64,000 nt of DNA from Planctomycetota bacterium (GTDB taxonomy: Bacteria > Planctomycetota > UBA1135 > UBA2386). How positions within the stretch are numbered: the stretch's first letter is position 1; each line of letters opens with the position of its first letter. This document shows positions 47,103 to 57,737 of this stretch, piece by piece. The stretch lies in assembly GCA_046290465.1 (NCBI GenBank), contig JBKAGP010000001.1, positions 4,544,001 through 4,608,000 on the forward strand. The letters are read 5' to 3'. The position numbers and the translations under genes are program-made. The notes beneath the pieces were generated by a model. The model was given only the letters and a program-made list of their open reading frames with translations, had not been told where the DNA came from and did not search any database.

Positions 47103-47909
47103 ATGCGTGCCCCCGTGCTGCTCCCGCTGCTGGCCGTCGCCTGCGCCGTGGCGCCCAAGCCTGCTCCCGACCCGGCGTTGCGGTTGCATGGGCACAACGA
47201 CTATCTGCAGCCGGTGCCGCTGGTGCGCGCGCTCGAGCTCGGCCTCGGTAGCCTCGAGGCGGACATCTTCCTCGTCGACGGCGAGCTGCGCGTCGGCCAC
47301 GAGCGCTGGCAGCTGCGTCCCGGTCGCACGCTGCAGTCGATGTACCTCGACCCGCTGCTGGCAGCGTTCCGCCGATGCGGCTCGCTGCGCAGCGACGGCC
47401 AGCCGCTGGTGCTGCTCGTCGACGTCAAGGCCGACGGCGACAAGGTCTACACCGAACTGCGCGACGTGCTGCCTCGCTACCGGGACATGCTGTCGCGCTT
47501 CGTGGACGGTCGCGTCGAGCCGGGCGCCGTCACGGTCCTGCTGTCCGGCAACCGTCCGGTGTCGACGGTCGCCGCCGATGCCGAGCGCTGGTGCGCGATC
47601 GACGGCAGGCTGCGCGACCTCGACCGACGCCCGCCGCCGCCGGCGCACCTGGTGCCGTGGGTCAGCAGTTCCTGGCGGTCGATCTCGGACTGGACCGGCT
47701 CCGACGACCTGATGCCGCACGAGATCGAGCGCATCACCGACCTCGTCACGCGGGCGCACCGTCAGGGCCGCGAGCTGCGCTTCTGGGGTGCGCCGGATCG
47801 GCGCGAGGCGTGGGGTGCGTTCTACGACCTCGGAGTCGACCGCATCGGCAGCGACCAGCCGAAGAAGGCTGCGGCGTGGCTGCGCAGCGAACGCGGCGGC
47901 GCGCGGTGA
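47103..47909 (+). CDS. Lipoprotein, PI-PLC/GDPD-superfamily phosphodiesterase (AIM6-like)
   Basis: Lipobox LAVAC; HGHNDY, SLEADIFL..GELRVGHE, TLQSMYLDPL, LLVDVK, LRFWGAPD, GVDRIGSD. Confidence 0.82.
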   Translation: MRAPVLLPLLAVACAVAPKPAPDPALRLHGHNDYLQPVPLVRALELGLGSLEADIFLVDGELRVGHERWQLRPGRTLQSMYLDPLLAAFRRCGSLRSDGQPLVLLVDVKADGDKVYTELRDVLPRYRDMLSRFVDGRVEPGAVTVLLSGNRPVSTVAADAERWCAIDGRLRDLDRRPPPPAHLVPWVSSSWRSISDWTGSDDLMPHEIERITDLVTRAHRQGRELRFWGAPDRREAWGAFYDLGVDRIGSDQPKKAAAWLRSERGGAR

Positions 47910-48111
47910 GCAGCCGCAGTCGGGTCCGCGGACCTTCAGGTCGCGCAGCCCGTCGCTCGGCCCGGTGAAGACGAGATGGCCGAGGCGGCTTTCGCGTGCG
48001 CCGCGCGGGTCGACCACGCCGTCCCGGCTTGCGCCGGGCAGCAGCGTGGCCATCGTCGCGATTTGTCGGTTTTGTTGCCTCTCGCGGCTTCGCTCCTGCA
48101 TCAGTAGGGGC

Positions 48112-48693
48112 GTGGCCCGTCCTCCCGAACCGCACGACCCGACGCTCGACGCCGCCCGCATCCAATGGGTGCAGCGGCACCAGCGGGCGCTGTGGCGGTA
48201 CCTGGGTCTGCTCGGGGCGCGCGCGGACGAGGTCGAGGACGTGATGCAGGATGCGTTCGTTGCGCTGTTCCGTCGCTATCCGGACGAGCCGGCCGATGGC
48301 CAGGTGCGTCTGCTGCGGACGATCGCGCGGCGGCGGCTGTTTGAACTGCGGCGACGCGCGGCTCCGGCGGACGTCGCCTGGTCGGACGAGGTCGACGCCT
48401 TCCTGGCCGAGCGGGAGCAGGCGCTCTCCGACCAACGCGCCGAAGCGCTCGATGCGTGCCTCGACGAACTGGGGCCGCGCGCGCGGCGGGCGCTGGTGCT
48501 GCGCCACGCGGAGGACCGGTCGGTCGACCAGGTCGCGGCGTCGCTCGGCCTGCAGCGCACCGGCGCATTGAGCCTGCTGCAGCGCGCCCGCGATGGGTTG
48601 CGTTCTTGCCTGGAGCGGCGCGGGGCGGGCGCGGCGTCAGCGTCGACGACCCGCCGCGATTGCGAGCCTTCTCCCCTGCGAGCACGAACATGA
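48112..48693 (+). CDS. ECF RNA polymerase sigma factor
   Basis: Sigma2 region (HQRALWRYL..EVEDVMQDAF) and sigma4 region (CLDELGPRARRALVLRH..VDQVAASLG..LQRARDGLRSCL). Start uncertain. Confidence 0.85.
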   Translation: MARPPEPHDPTLDAARIQWVQRHQRALWRYLGLLGARADEVEDVMQDAFVALFRRYPDEPADGQVRLLRTIARRRLFELRRRAAPADVAWSDEVDAFLAEREQALSDQRAEALDACLDELGPRARRALVLRHAEDRSVDQVAASLGLQRTGALSLLQRARDGLRSCLERRGAGAASASTTRRDCEPSPLRART

Positions 48694-50450
48694 ACGATCC
48701 ACGATCCCACGGCGTCGAAGAGCGCCATCTCGACCTGTTGTTGGCCGAGCGACTCGGCGGTCGGCGTGCGCCGGATGTGGCGGCCAAGGTCGCCGCACGG
48801 CTCGAGGGCAGCCGGCCGGCGCGTCGTCGGTGGCAGCTGCGCACGTGGCTGCAGGCCGCGTGCGTGCTGCTCGGACTGATGGTCGTCGCCGCGATCCGGC
48901 TGACGATGCAGCCGGACGGTACCGCGCTGCAGCAGCCCGCGCTCGGGCCGGTCGTGACGGTGTCGTCGCTGCAGGAGATCGCGGCGCTGCCCGCCGATGC
49001 GGACCACGTGCGGCTGACGCTGCACACGCCGGAGGCGGTGCGCGCACTGACGCGGCTGCGCAAGCTGCGGCGTCTGGACGCGTCGTTCGACGTCGAGGCG
49101 AGCTTCCGCCCGCGGTCGATCGAACGGCCGAAGTTCTTTCCCGAGGCGGCGCGCTTCCTCGGCATGCTGACGAGCCTCGAACAGCTCGACATCAGCGGCC
49201 ACGCGCCGATTCGCGGGCTCGAGCAGCTGGCAACGCTGCAGCGCCTGACCAGCCTGCGGATCTACTACGCCTACCTGGATCCGGCGGGGCTGGCCGTGCT
49301 GCAGCGGTTGCCCAGGCTGGAGCACCTGCATCTCGAGGCGACGCTGCGCGTCGATCAGGACGAACCGCTGATCGACCTGCGCGACCCGGCCTACGGGTTC
49401 GTCGCGTTCCTGGAGAAGGGGCAGCTGCGGCGGTTGACGCTGACGGCCTGCATCACGGACGCGGCCGGCATCCGGGCGATCGCGAGCAACCCGCTCGAGC
49501 AGCTGCATCTCTACGGGCTGAGTCGGGGGCAGCGCGTCGGTCGTCACCGCAACGCGCTCGAGGCCGAGGCGTACGAGGCGGTTGGCGTGATCTCGACGCT
49601 GCGCGAGCTGTCGCTGGGGGACTCGGTCAACGAGAAGCTGCGCGGTGCATTTGCGTCGATGCCGGACCTGGTCAAGATGGACCTCGGCGGCGCCGACGGG
49701 CTGCACGGCACGGAGGCCGGTCGCGCGATCGCGCGCACGCCCAACCTGCGCACGCTGGGCATCGAGGGGTCGGACATCGACACGGCGGCGCTGCTCGGCG
49801 TGACCGAGGCCGAAGGCGTCGTCGAGCTCGAACTCGGCGGCTACGAGCAGATGACCGACGAGGTGCTGGCGGCGGTGGCGCGCATGCCGTCGCTGCGGGT
49901 GCTGGCGATGACGATCTCCAACCGGCTGACCGACGCGGGCATGCAGGTGCTGGCGACGACGAAGCTGGAGTCGTTCTCGATGGGCTACACCAAGAACCTG
50001 TCGGACGTCGGCGTCGTCGGGCTGCCGCGCGCACTCCGTCGACTCCGCGTGCACCAGAGTGACTTCGGATCGCGGTCGTTGGCGCGGTTCGACCAGCTGG
50101 TCGAGCTGGACCTGACCTTCTATCCCGACGACGGCCGCGAACTGTTCGACGAACTGGCGGACTCGGCCATGCGCGGCACGCTGCGCAAGCTGGTCCTGCG
50201 CGGCAGCGTCGCCCAGTTCGGCAGCCTGAAGCGCCTCGTCGAGCTGCCGGCGCTGCGGCACCTGGACCTGCGCGAGTGCAAGGGCGAACTGCCGCCCGAC
50301 CTGACCATGCTGCTGCGTGGCCGCGGGATCACCGTGCACCCCCCGCACGTTCGCGAACCGGCGCAGACCGAGGTGGCCGAGATCGACGAACTCCTCCGAA
50401 TCGTGCCCAACCCCAAGAACCCCCAACGAGGCGGCCGCCGACCCCGCTGA
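48690..50450 (+). CDS. Single-TM leucine-rich-repeat protein, putative anti-sigma/sensor
   Basis: ATGA overlap with the ECF gene. Short N-terminal region (LDLLLAERLGG..PDVAAKV), one TM helix, then about 16 LxxLxLxx repeats. Confidence 0.8.
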   Translation: MNDPRSHGVEERHLDLLLAERLGGRRAPDVAAKVAARLEGSRPARRRWQLRTWLQAACVLLGLMVVAAIRLTMQPDGTALQQPALGPVVTVSSLQEIAALPADADHVRLTLHTPEAVRALTRLRKLRRLDASFDVEASFRPRSIERPKFFPEAARFLGMLTSLEQLDISGHAPIRGLEQLATLQRLTSLRIYYAYLDPAGLAVLQRLPRLEHLHLEATLRVDQDEPLIDLRDPAYGFVAFLEKGQLRRLTLTACITDAAGIRAIASNPLEQLHLYGLSRGQRVGRHRNALEAEAYEAVGVISTLRELSLGDSVNEKLRGAFASMPDLVKMDLGGADGLHGTEAGRAIARTPNLRTLGIEGSDIDTAALLGVTEAEGVVELELGGYEQMTDEVLAAVARMPSLRVLAMTISNRLTDAGMQVLATTKLESFSMGYTKNLSDVGVVGLPRALRRLRVHQSDFGSRSLARFDQLVELDLTFYPDDGRELFDELADSAMRGTLRKLVLRGSVAQFGSLKRLVELPALRHLDLRECKGELPPDLTMLLRGRGITVHPPHVREPAQTEVAEIDELLRIVPNPKNPQRGGRRPR

Positions 50451-50521
50451 CCACCGCATACCGAACCGGGTTCAGCGCTGAACCCGGTTCGGTATGCGGT
50501 GGTCGGTTCGGTATGCGGTGG

Positions 50522-50523
<2 letters not shown>
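50449..50523. repeat. REP-family 56-bp perfect palindrome plus a 19-bp tandem duplication
   Basis: GACCACCGCATACCGAACCGGGTTCAGC|GCTGAACCCGGTTCGGTATGCGGTGGTC (50449-50504). 50505-50523 repeats 50486-50504. Confidence 0.93.
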
Positions 50524-51974
<1,451 letters not shown>

Positions 51975-51982
<8 letters not shown>

Positions 51983-52721
51983 CCTTCTTCTTCTTGTTCT
52001 TCGGCGGCTCGCGGAAGCCCTTCGGCGCGCGACGCATCTCCATGCCCATCGCCTGCTGCGGCTTCTCGAGGCCGAGCGCGTACCACTGCATGTCGAACTG
52101 CGTCATGTTCATGCGCTGGTTGTTCTGCAGCCGGAGCATGTTCTCCTTGCTCGGACCGTTGTTGCCATTCTTCTTCAAGAACGCGGCGAGCACGGTCTGC
52201 GCCTGCTCGGCCTTGCCGGTCTTCTGCAGCATCCACGCGTAGGTGTTGTGCAGCAGCGCGTGCTTCTTGTTGACCTTGGCGGCGAGGTCGAGGATGCCGA
52301 GCGCGCGGTCCTGTTCGCCGGTCTGGAAGCGGATCGAGGCGAGCAGCAGCCGGGCGTCGGCGTTGCGCAGGCTGGCGCCCTCGAGCAGCTTGACGCCGCG
52401 CTCCTTGTCACCCTGGTAGTACTCGAGCATGCCCATCTGCGCGATCACCTGGCCGCGCAGCATCGGCACCCACTTGCCGAGCGGCAGCATGTCCTCGAGC
52501 GTCTGGATGGCGAGCTTGACGTGGCCCTGCTGCATCTGCCGCTGCACCTGCTCCATCGCCGGCTGGATCTGCTTGCCGATCCGCCGCGCGATCAGGATCC
52601 AGATGACGATCGCGAACACCAGCGTGAACACGATGCCCCACGCCCAGTGCCACCAGTCGAGGAACACGCCGCTGAAGCCCAGCAGCAGGGAGAGGGACAA
52701 CGACAGGAGGATCGAATACAC
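51975..52721 (-). CDS. Membrane protein with two N-terminal TM helices and TPR-like repeats
   Basis: Two hydrophobic segments followed by TPR-like helical pairs (AIQTLED, AQMGMLEY, LHNTYAWML..AQTVL). GTG start assumed. Confidence 0.7.
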
Positions 52722-52802
52722 GCGCAGGCTCGGGGGAGTTGGGGGCAAACAGGATACGGATCCCGCCCGCCGCGCGCGACCCCTCCCAGGGCCTGGGGGC
52801 GA

Positions 52803-53435
52803 CTATCCTTCGATCCAGGTGCCGACGCAGCGGTGCGCCACGAAGTTGGTGAACTTCGCGGGCGACAGCAGGGTCAGTTCCCAGCCGTGCAGGTTGCCGT
52901 CGTCCCGCTGGGTGCGGTCGACGTAGTGACGCAGGTCGCTGACGGTGCTCAGGTCGGCGGCGTCATAGATCGCGTCGACGGCCCAGATGGTGGCGCCGGA
53001 GTGCACCGAGATCAGGTGGGTGCGCAGGCCGAGGTGCGGCGGGGTGTAGGCCCGATACGACGTGACCGAGCCGACGAACACGCCGTCGAGCGAGTACCGT
53101 TCGCACAGCCGCACCATCGCGTCGGTCGACAGGCGACCGTGCGACAGCGACAGGTTGAGCATGTCGTCTTCGCGGGCGGCGTCGGTCAGCGGCACGACCT
53201 CGAAGCGGCGCAGCTTCTGCAGCTCACCGACGAACGCGTCGCGGATCTGGTTGTTGTCGACCGTCACGCCGTGCTCGGCATGGAACGGCAGCACCATGAT
53301 GCGGCGAACGTTGGCGAGGTCCTCGGGTTCGGCGAGGTAGCTGTTGACGACCTTGGGGCGGTCGGGGCGCGGGATCCTGCAGCCCGTCAGCGTCAGCGCG
53401 GCGGCAACCGCGACGATCATGGTGGCGCGTCTCAC
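52803..53435 (-). CDS. Lipoprotein, GNA1162/FlgO/CsgG-like fold
   Basis: Lipobox LTGC; VRRIMVLPF, LDGVFVGSVTSY, LISVHSGATIWAVD. Confidence 0.65.
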   Translation of the reverse strand: MRRATMIVAVAAALTLTGCRIPRPDRPKVVNSYLAEPEDLANVRRIMVLPFHAEHGVTVDNNQIRDAFVGELQKLRRFEVVPLTDAAREDDMLNLSLSHGRLSTDAMVRLCERYSLDGVFVGSVTSYRAYTPPHLGLRTHLISVHSGATIWAVDAIYDAADLSTVSDLRHYVDRTQRDDGNLHGWELTLLSPAKFTNFVAHRCVGTWIEG

Positions 53436-53439
53436 GGTG

Positions 53440-53949
53440 CTATCGCGGCGGCCGAGCCGCCGCCTCCTGGGGTTGGACCGGCTGTCCGAGGCTGTCGTTC
53501 AGCGCGGCGATCTGGTGTTGCAGCCGCTCCTGCTCGAGCTTGGCCTTCTCGATCGACAGGCTGAGGATCTTGGCGTCGCGGTCGCGGATGCGTTGTCGCA
53601 GCACGTCGGTCTCGGCCTCGGACTGCGCGCGCATGCCCTTCTCCTGCTCGAGCGACGACTGCTCGTTGTTGAGCTGCGACTGCAGGTTCTGGTTCTGCGC
53701 CAGCAGCTCCTCGTTGTCCTTCTCCAGCTGGGCGTTCTCCTCGAGCAGCGTCTTGTACTTGCTGAGCAGCAGGTTCTGCTTCGGGCCCCAGTCCATGTCG
53801 GTGTTGATGCCGGCCTGCGCGAGGCTGCCCTCGTAGCCGTCGAGCGGGTCGTTGGGCTCGGGCTCGAACATCAGGTTGGTCGCGGTCTCGCAGCTGGTCA
53901 ACAGCAGCGCGAACGCGGGAACGAGCATCAGGGAACGCAGCTTCATCAC
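53440..53949 (-). CDS. Lipoprotein with a long coiled coil
   Basis: RBS AAGGAGG; lipobox LLTSC; heptad-rich segment LLEENAQLEKDNEELLAQNQNL..LEQERL. Confidence 0.75.
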   Translation of the reverse strand: MMKLRSLMLVPAFALLLTSCETATNLMFEPEPNDPLDGYEGSLAQAGINTDMDWGPKQNLLLSKYKTLLEENAQLEKDNEELLAQNQNLQSQLNNEQSSLEQEKGMRAQSEAETDVLRQRIRDRDAKILSLSIEKAKLEQERLQHQIAALNDSLGQPVQPQEAAARPPR

Positions 53950-53962
53950 TCGGCCTCCTTCA

Positions 53963-54202
53963 TCACTGGGCCTCAGCGGGTGGGGTGTCTTCGTAGACGC
54001 ACTCGACGATCGCCGACGCGCCGCAGCCGCAGCGCACCTCGAAGCCGGCGACCCGGTCGCCGTCGAGCAGCGGCACGATCGCCATCGGCGTCGCGTGCTT
54101 GCCGTCGGTCACGGTGCCGCAATCCAACATCGCCGGCTGCGCGACCACGCGGACGCTGTCCCGCCGGATGACGTTGTTCTTGGTGCCAGGGGTGCTGCTC
54201 AT
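53963..54202 (-). CDS. Small hypothetical protein with a CxC-x7-C motif
   Basis: ATG overlaps the upstream intergenic end; host-like codons; GFEVRCGCGASAIVECVY. Confidence 0.65.
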   Translation of the reverse strand: MSSTPGTKNNVIRRDSVRVVAQPAMLDCGTVTDGKHATPMAIVPLLDGDRVAGFEVRCGCGASAIVECVYEDTPPAEAQ

Positions 54203-54217
54203 GTCGGGCTCGTCGGA

Positions 54218-54457
54218 TCAGGCGACCACGTCGACGTGGTGCGCCTCTCCTTCGTCCTTTCGGCCAGCGGGGGGCCGTCGCTGAAGTGCCCTTCGCACGG
54301 ACTTTTCGCGCTCGGCCTGCTCGCCGGCGGCGCCGCCATTCCCCTGTTCCTGCATGGCACGACGGAAAGCGTCGGCCTGCTGCTGCTGGCCGCCACCCTT
54401 TCGTTCGTGGACCTGATGCGAACCGATGACTCCGGTGGGTCCGGTCACCCCGTTCAT
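54218..54457 (-). CDS. Small hydrophilic hypothetical protein downstream of fliA
   Basis: AGGAG RBS in the fliA tail; mostly disordered sequence ending HHVDVVA. Confidence 0.6.
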   Translation of the reverse strand: MNGVTGPTGVIGSHQVHERKGGGQQQQADAFRRAMQEQGNGGAAGEQAEREKSVRRALQRRPPAGRKDEGEAHHVDVVA

Positions 54458-54461
54458 GGGA

Positions 54462-55193
54462 CTACTCCTGTTCTTTGAGCTTCAGGCGCAGCCGCTCGGT
54501 CGCTCGCGTCAGGATCTGGCTGACGCGCGACTCGGTCACGCCCAGGATCTTTCCGATCTCCTTCAGGTAGAGCTGTTCGTGGTAGTAGAGCACCACCACG
54601 TGTCGGTCGTTGTCGGGCAGCTCGGCGATCGCACGCGTCAGCCGCTCCAGTTGTTCTCGTTCGTCCGCGTTGGCGGTCGGGTCGACGCTGAACACGTCGG
54701 CGATCTGCGACGCCATCGTGCTGCTGCCGTCGTCGCCGCTATAGGTCTCGTCGAGGGACAGCACGCGCGTCGTGTGCAGCGCCTGCAGGTCGTCGTCGAG
54801 CTCCTGCTCGGTGCACTCCATGACCTCGGCCAGCTCGGCCAGGGTCGGTTCGCGGTCCAGTTCGGACCACAGCTTGGAGTTGGCGCGGTCCATCTTGCGC
54901 AGGCGGTCGCGGCGGTTGCGCGGCACCGGGTCGTGCTTGCGGACCTCGTCGAGGATCGCCCCGCGGATGGCCGTGTAGGCAAAGGTCTTGAACGACGCGC
55001 CGCGGGACGGGTCGAACGTCGACGCCGCGTGCATCAGCCCGATCACGCCGACCGAGTAGAAGTCGTCCTTGTCGAGCGAAGCCGGCATCGTCACCGGCAG
55101 GCGCGCGACCACGTAGCGGACCAGCGGCAGGTACTGCTCGACCATGCGGTCGCGTTCCTCGACCGGGCGCTGCACCTTGACCGCGCCCCTCAC
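54462..55193 (-). CDS. fliA: Flagellar sigma factor sigma-28 (FliA/WhiG family)
   Basis: YLPLVRYVV, GVIGLMHA..FDPSRGASFKTFA..IRGAILDEVR..DPVPR, LYYHEQL.LKEIG.ILGVTESRVSQI. GTG start overlaps the upstream stop. Confidence 0.93.
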   Translation of the reverse strand: MRGAVKVQRPVEERDRMVEQYLPLVRYVVARLPVTMPASLDKDDFYSVGVIGLMHAASTFDPSRGASFKTFAYTAIRGAILDEVRKHDPVPRNRRDRLRKMDRANSKLWSELDREPTLAELAEVMECTEQELDDDLQALHTTRVLSLDETYSGDDGSSTMASQIADVFSVDPTANADEREQLERLTRAIAELPDNDRHVVVLYYHEQLYLKEIGKILGVTESRVSQILTRATERLRLKLKEQE

Positions 55194-55480
55194 TTGTCGT
55201 CCTCCGCCTCGAGTTCGGCACGACGCCGCGTTTCGTCGCGTGCGATCGCTGACAGCACGACGTCGATGACCGGCGGGGCCAGCAGGTTGGCGCCGACCAG
55301 ACCGCATGCTCCGGCGATGACGCTACGCCACAGTGCGGTCAGGCCGTCGACGCCGGCCACCCACGCGCTGAAGAACGCGATCGCGAACACGATGCTCGTG
55401 ATGTATGCGGCCGCAACGCGGGTCAGTTCTTGGCTTCCGATGCCTGAGTTCATGGATCCTGCCGGAAGGTCCATCGGCAT
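55190..55480 (-). CDS. Small two-TM hypothetical protein coupled to fliA
   Basis: Two hydrophobic segments; stop overlaps the fliA start (GTGA). Start may be 55453. Confidence 0.65.
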   Translation of the reverse strand: MPMDLPAGSMNSGIGSQELTRVAAAYITSIVFAIAFFSAWVAGVDGLTALWRSVIAGACGLVGANLLAPPVIDVVLSAIARDETRRRAELEAEDDK

Positions 55481-55771
55481 CGGCGGGTCCGCGAGTTGAG
55501 CTGGACTGGCCCGGAAGTGACCACGGGATCGGGGGTTCCCCTACTGGCTTTGGATGTTCATGCACGCTCGTAGCGTGCCTCCGGCAGGCCGGTCGCCGTC
55601 TTCGCTTGGGTTACGAATTCACAATCGTCCTGGCTCCAGAGCTGGGCCTTGACAGGTCTTGAGCGCCGCCTACGTTCGTCGAGAGAAGGAGACGCGACGT
55701 CGCGTCGCCCCACAGTTCGCTAGCCAACGGTCCTCTAGAGTGCTGCTCGCACAACTGCCGCTTGATGACAG

Positions 55772-56035
55772 GTGTTCTCTGTCTCCCGGATCTGGAAGCG
55801 CCACCGTGTAATGCTGATATCACGTTCAAGTGGCCCGTTACTATGGAGTTCGGCTTGCGTGGTGAAGATGGTGGGTGCCATCAACGTGCAGATCTACGCC
55901 ACTGGTTGTGATTCGACCCAAGGGCAGACATGGGCACTCAACAGTTGGCCGTGTGGGGTGCAGGGCGGTGCCGTCGGCTGCAGCATGTATGCTGGCGTTT
56001 ACTGTGACGGGTGCACCGGGGACGACGAGGAATGA
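55772..56035 (+). CDS. Small cysteine-rich protein in a lower-GC island; 5' end uncertain
   Basis: Six Cys in the C-terminal 60 aa, ending CDGCTGDDEE; stop overlaps the next start (ATGA at 56032-56035). Confidence 0.4.
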   Translation: MFSVSRIWKRHRVMLISRSSGPLLWSSACVVKMVGAINVQIYATGCDSTQGQTWALNSWPCGVQGGAVGCSMYAGVYCDGCTGDDEE

Positions 56036-56849
56036 GCCGGCGCCTCGGTCTGGTTCTCGTCTTCGCCGTCGCTGGAATGGCCATCGGGTGGCGGTTGATG
56101 TCTCCCGGTCCAGGGGATGGTGAGCGCAAGGGCGCGGAGGTGATCGCACAAGACGCGGGTTCGACGTCGCCTGGCGATTCCGCGCGCGAGCACGGCTACG
56201 ATATTGCAGAGGTGTTGGCGTTTGCCGAGGGAGCTCTGGGCCCTGCAGATGGTGTCGCTGAGCCCGTCTCGGAGGGGGCGGCTCTAGACCAGCAAGATGC
56301 GGAATGGCCAGAGCTTCCGCGGGGTTGGTCATTGGCGTTCGAGATGGCGTTGGCATGCAACCCCGCGTTCACCGCGAGGCCGCTGTTCCGGAGCTACGAG
56401 TTGAACCCCCGCGACGTCTACATCCCGCCTGAGGATCGGAAGCTGCTCACGTCTGCACTAGATGCGCTGCGGCCTCGATTGGCCGAAGGTCAGAAAGTGT
56501 GGTCGCGGGCCTACTCGGAGGCGTTCCAAGAGGCTCTGGCGTCCGGGGCTGTGAGGGAGCTCGACGTGAACCTGCGAGGAGGTCAGGCGGAGACGGCCAG
56601 CGGCAACGTTGCCGTGACGAGCATCTCAATAGAAGAATTGCAGGCCGCGGGAGCAGATATGGGCACGGTGCGGGGGGGGGCAAAGTCGTCGGTGCTTCAC
56701 GTCAGGACTTCGCCTTGAGTCGCGCTGCTGTCGAAGAACAGCGATTCCTTGGCCGGCAACTCTCATTGTGCTTGATCACCTGGTTTGAGCAGCGCGCTAC
56801 GCTCGAGAATCACGAAGCGGAAGCCCTGCGGGCGATCGTCTTCCAGTAG
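56032..56849 (+). CDS. Membrane-anchored hypothetical protein in the island; apparent frameshift at a G9 tract (56672-56680)
   Basis: N-terminal TM helix (LGLVLVFAVAGMAIGW). As read it stops at 56718; adding one G continues GKVVGASRQDF..LRAIVFQ* to 56849. Confidence 0.55.
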
Positions 56850-56864
56850 CAGGCCTCTTCCCCT

Positions 56865-57737
56865 TCAGCTTCCGACGCGTGCCGGCCGCAGGCGGACCTT
56901 GCGAACGCCCTGCGTGTGCGGTTCCTGCCTGCGCGTCATCGGCGGCAGCGCGGCGAGGGCGGCGGCGCAGATGCTGCGCAGGTCCTCGAGGCCGGGGCAC
57001 TGGCCGAACAACGTCAGGGGGCGTTGGTCCCGGATGCTCTGTTCGATCTGCGGGTCGTGGCTGATCCAGCCGGCGAGTTCGTTCTTCTGGCCGAGGAACT
57101 TCTCGGTGACCGCGTTGAGCTTGGCCGCGGTGCGCATGGCCTCGTCGCGGTTGCGTGTGCGGTTGACGACCAGGTGCGGCAGCGCGACGCCGCGCGCGTG
57201 CAGGACCTTGCACAGCGCGTAGGCATCGGTCAGCGAGGTGACCTCGGGCGTGGTCACACCGAGGGTGACCTCGCAGTGCTCGGCGACGCACAGGGTGCTC
57301 GGGTTGAGGCCGGCGCCGGTGTCGAACACGACCACGTCGAACTCGTTGGATGCGGTGCGGATCGCGCGCAGCAGATCGGCGACCTCGGCCGGGGACGAGG
57401 TCGTCAACCGGGTCGGGCCCGAGCGGCCGAGCAGCACCTGCAGGCGGCCGGGGCCCTGCACGATCGCTTCGCTGGCGGTGCAGCGGCGCTCGGCGACGTC
57501 GTCGAGATCATGGCTGCCGTGCAGGCGAAGGTGCACGCCGACGTTGCCGGTGCCCGGGTCGAAGTCGACCAGCAGCGTCCGGTAGCCGGCGCGCGCCAGC
57601 AGCAGTGCGAGGTTGCTGGCCAGCATCGTCTTGCCGACCCCGCCCTTGGCGCCGGCGACGCACAGCCACGGCGTCTGGCGGCGCGGCATCGTGGTCAGGC
57701 CCTCGGCCTGGTGGTGGTGGTTGCCCTGGTCGCTCAC
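56865..57737 (-). CDS. flhG: Flagellar number regulator, MinD-like ATPase FlhG/FleN
   Basis: KGGVGKT deviant Walker A, DTGAG, TTPEVTSLTDAYAL. GTG start overlaps the flhF stop and gives an N-terminal DQ..QAEGL segment resembling the FlhG activator helix. Confidence 0.9.
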   Translation of the reverse strand: MSDQGNHHHQAEGLTTMPRRQTPWLCVAGAKGGVGKTMLASNLALLLARAGYRTLLVDFDPGTGNVGVHLRLHGSHDLDDVAERRCTASEAIVQGPGRLQVLLGRSGPTRLTTSSPAEVADLLRAIRTASNEFDVVVFDTGAGLNPSTLCVAEHCEVTLGVTTPEVTSLTDAYALCKVLHARGVALPHLVVNRTRNRDEAMRTAAKLNAVTEKFLGQKNELAGWISHDPQIEQSIRDQRPLTLFGQCPGLEDLRSICAAALAALPPMTRRQEPHTQGVRKVRLRPARVGS

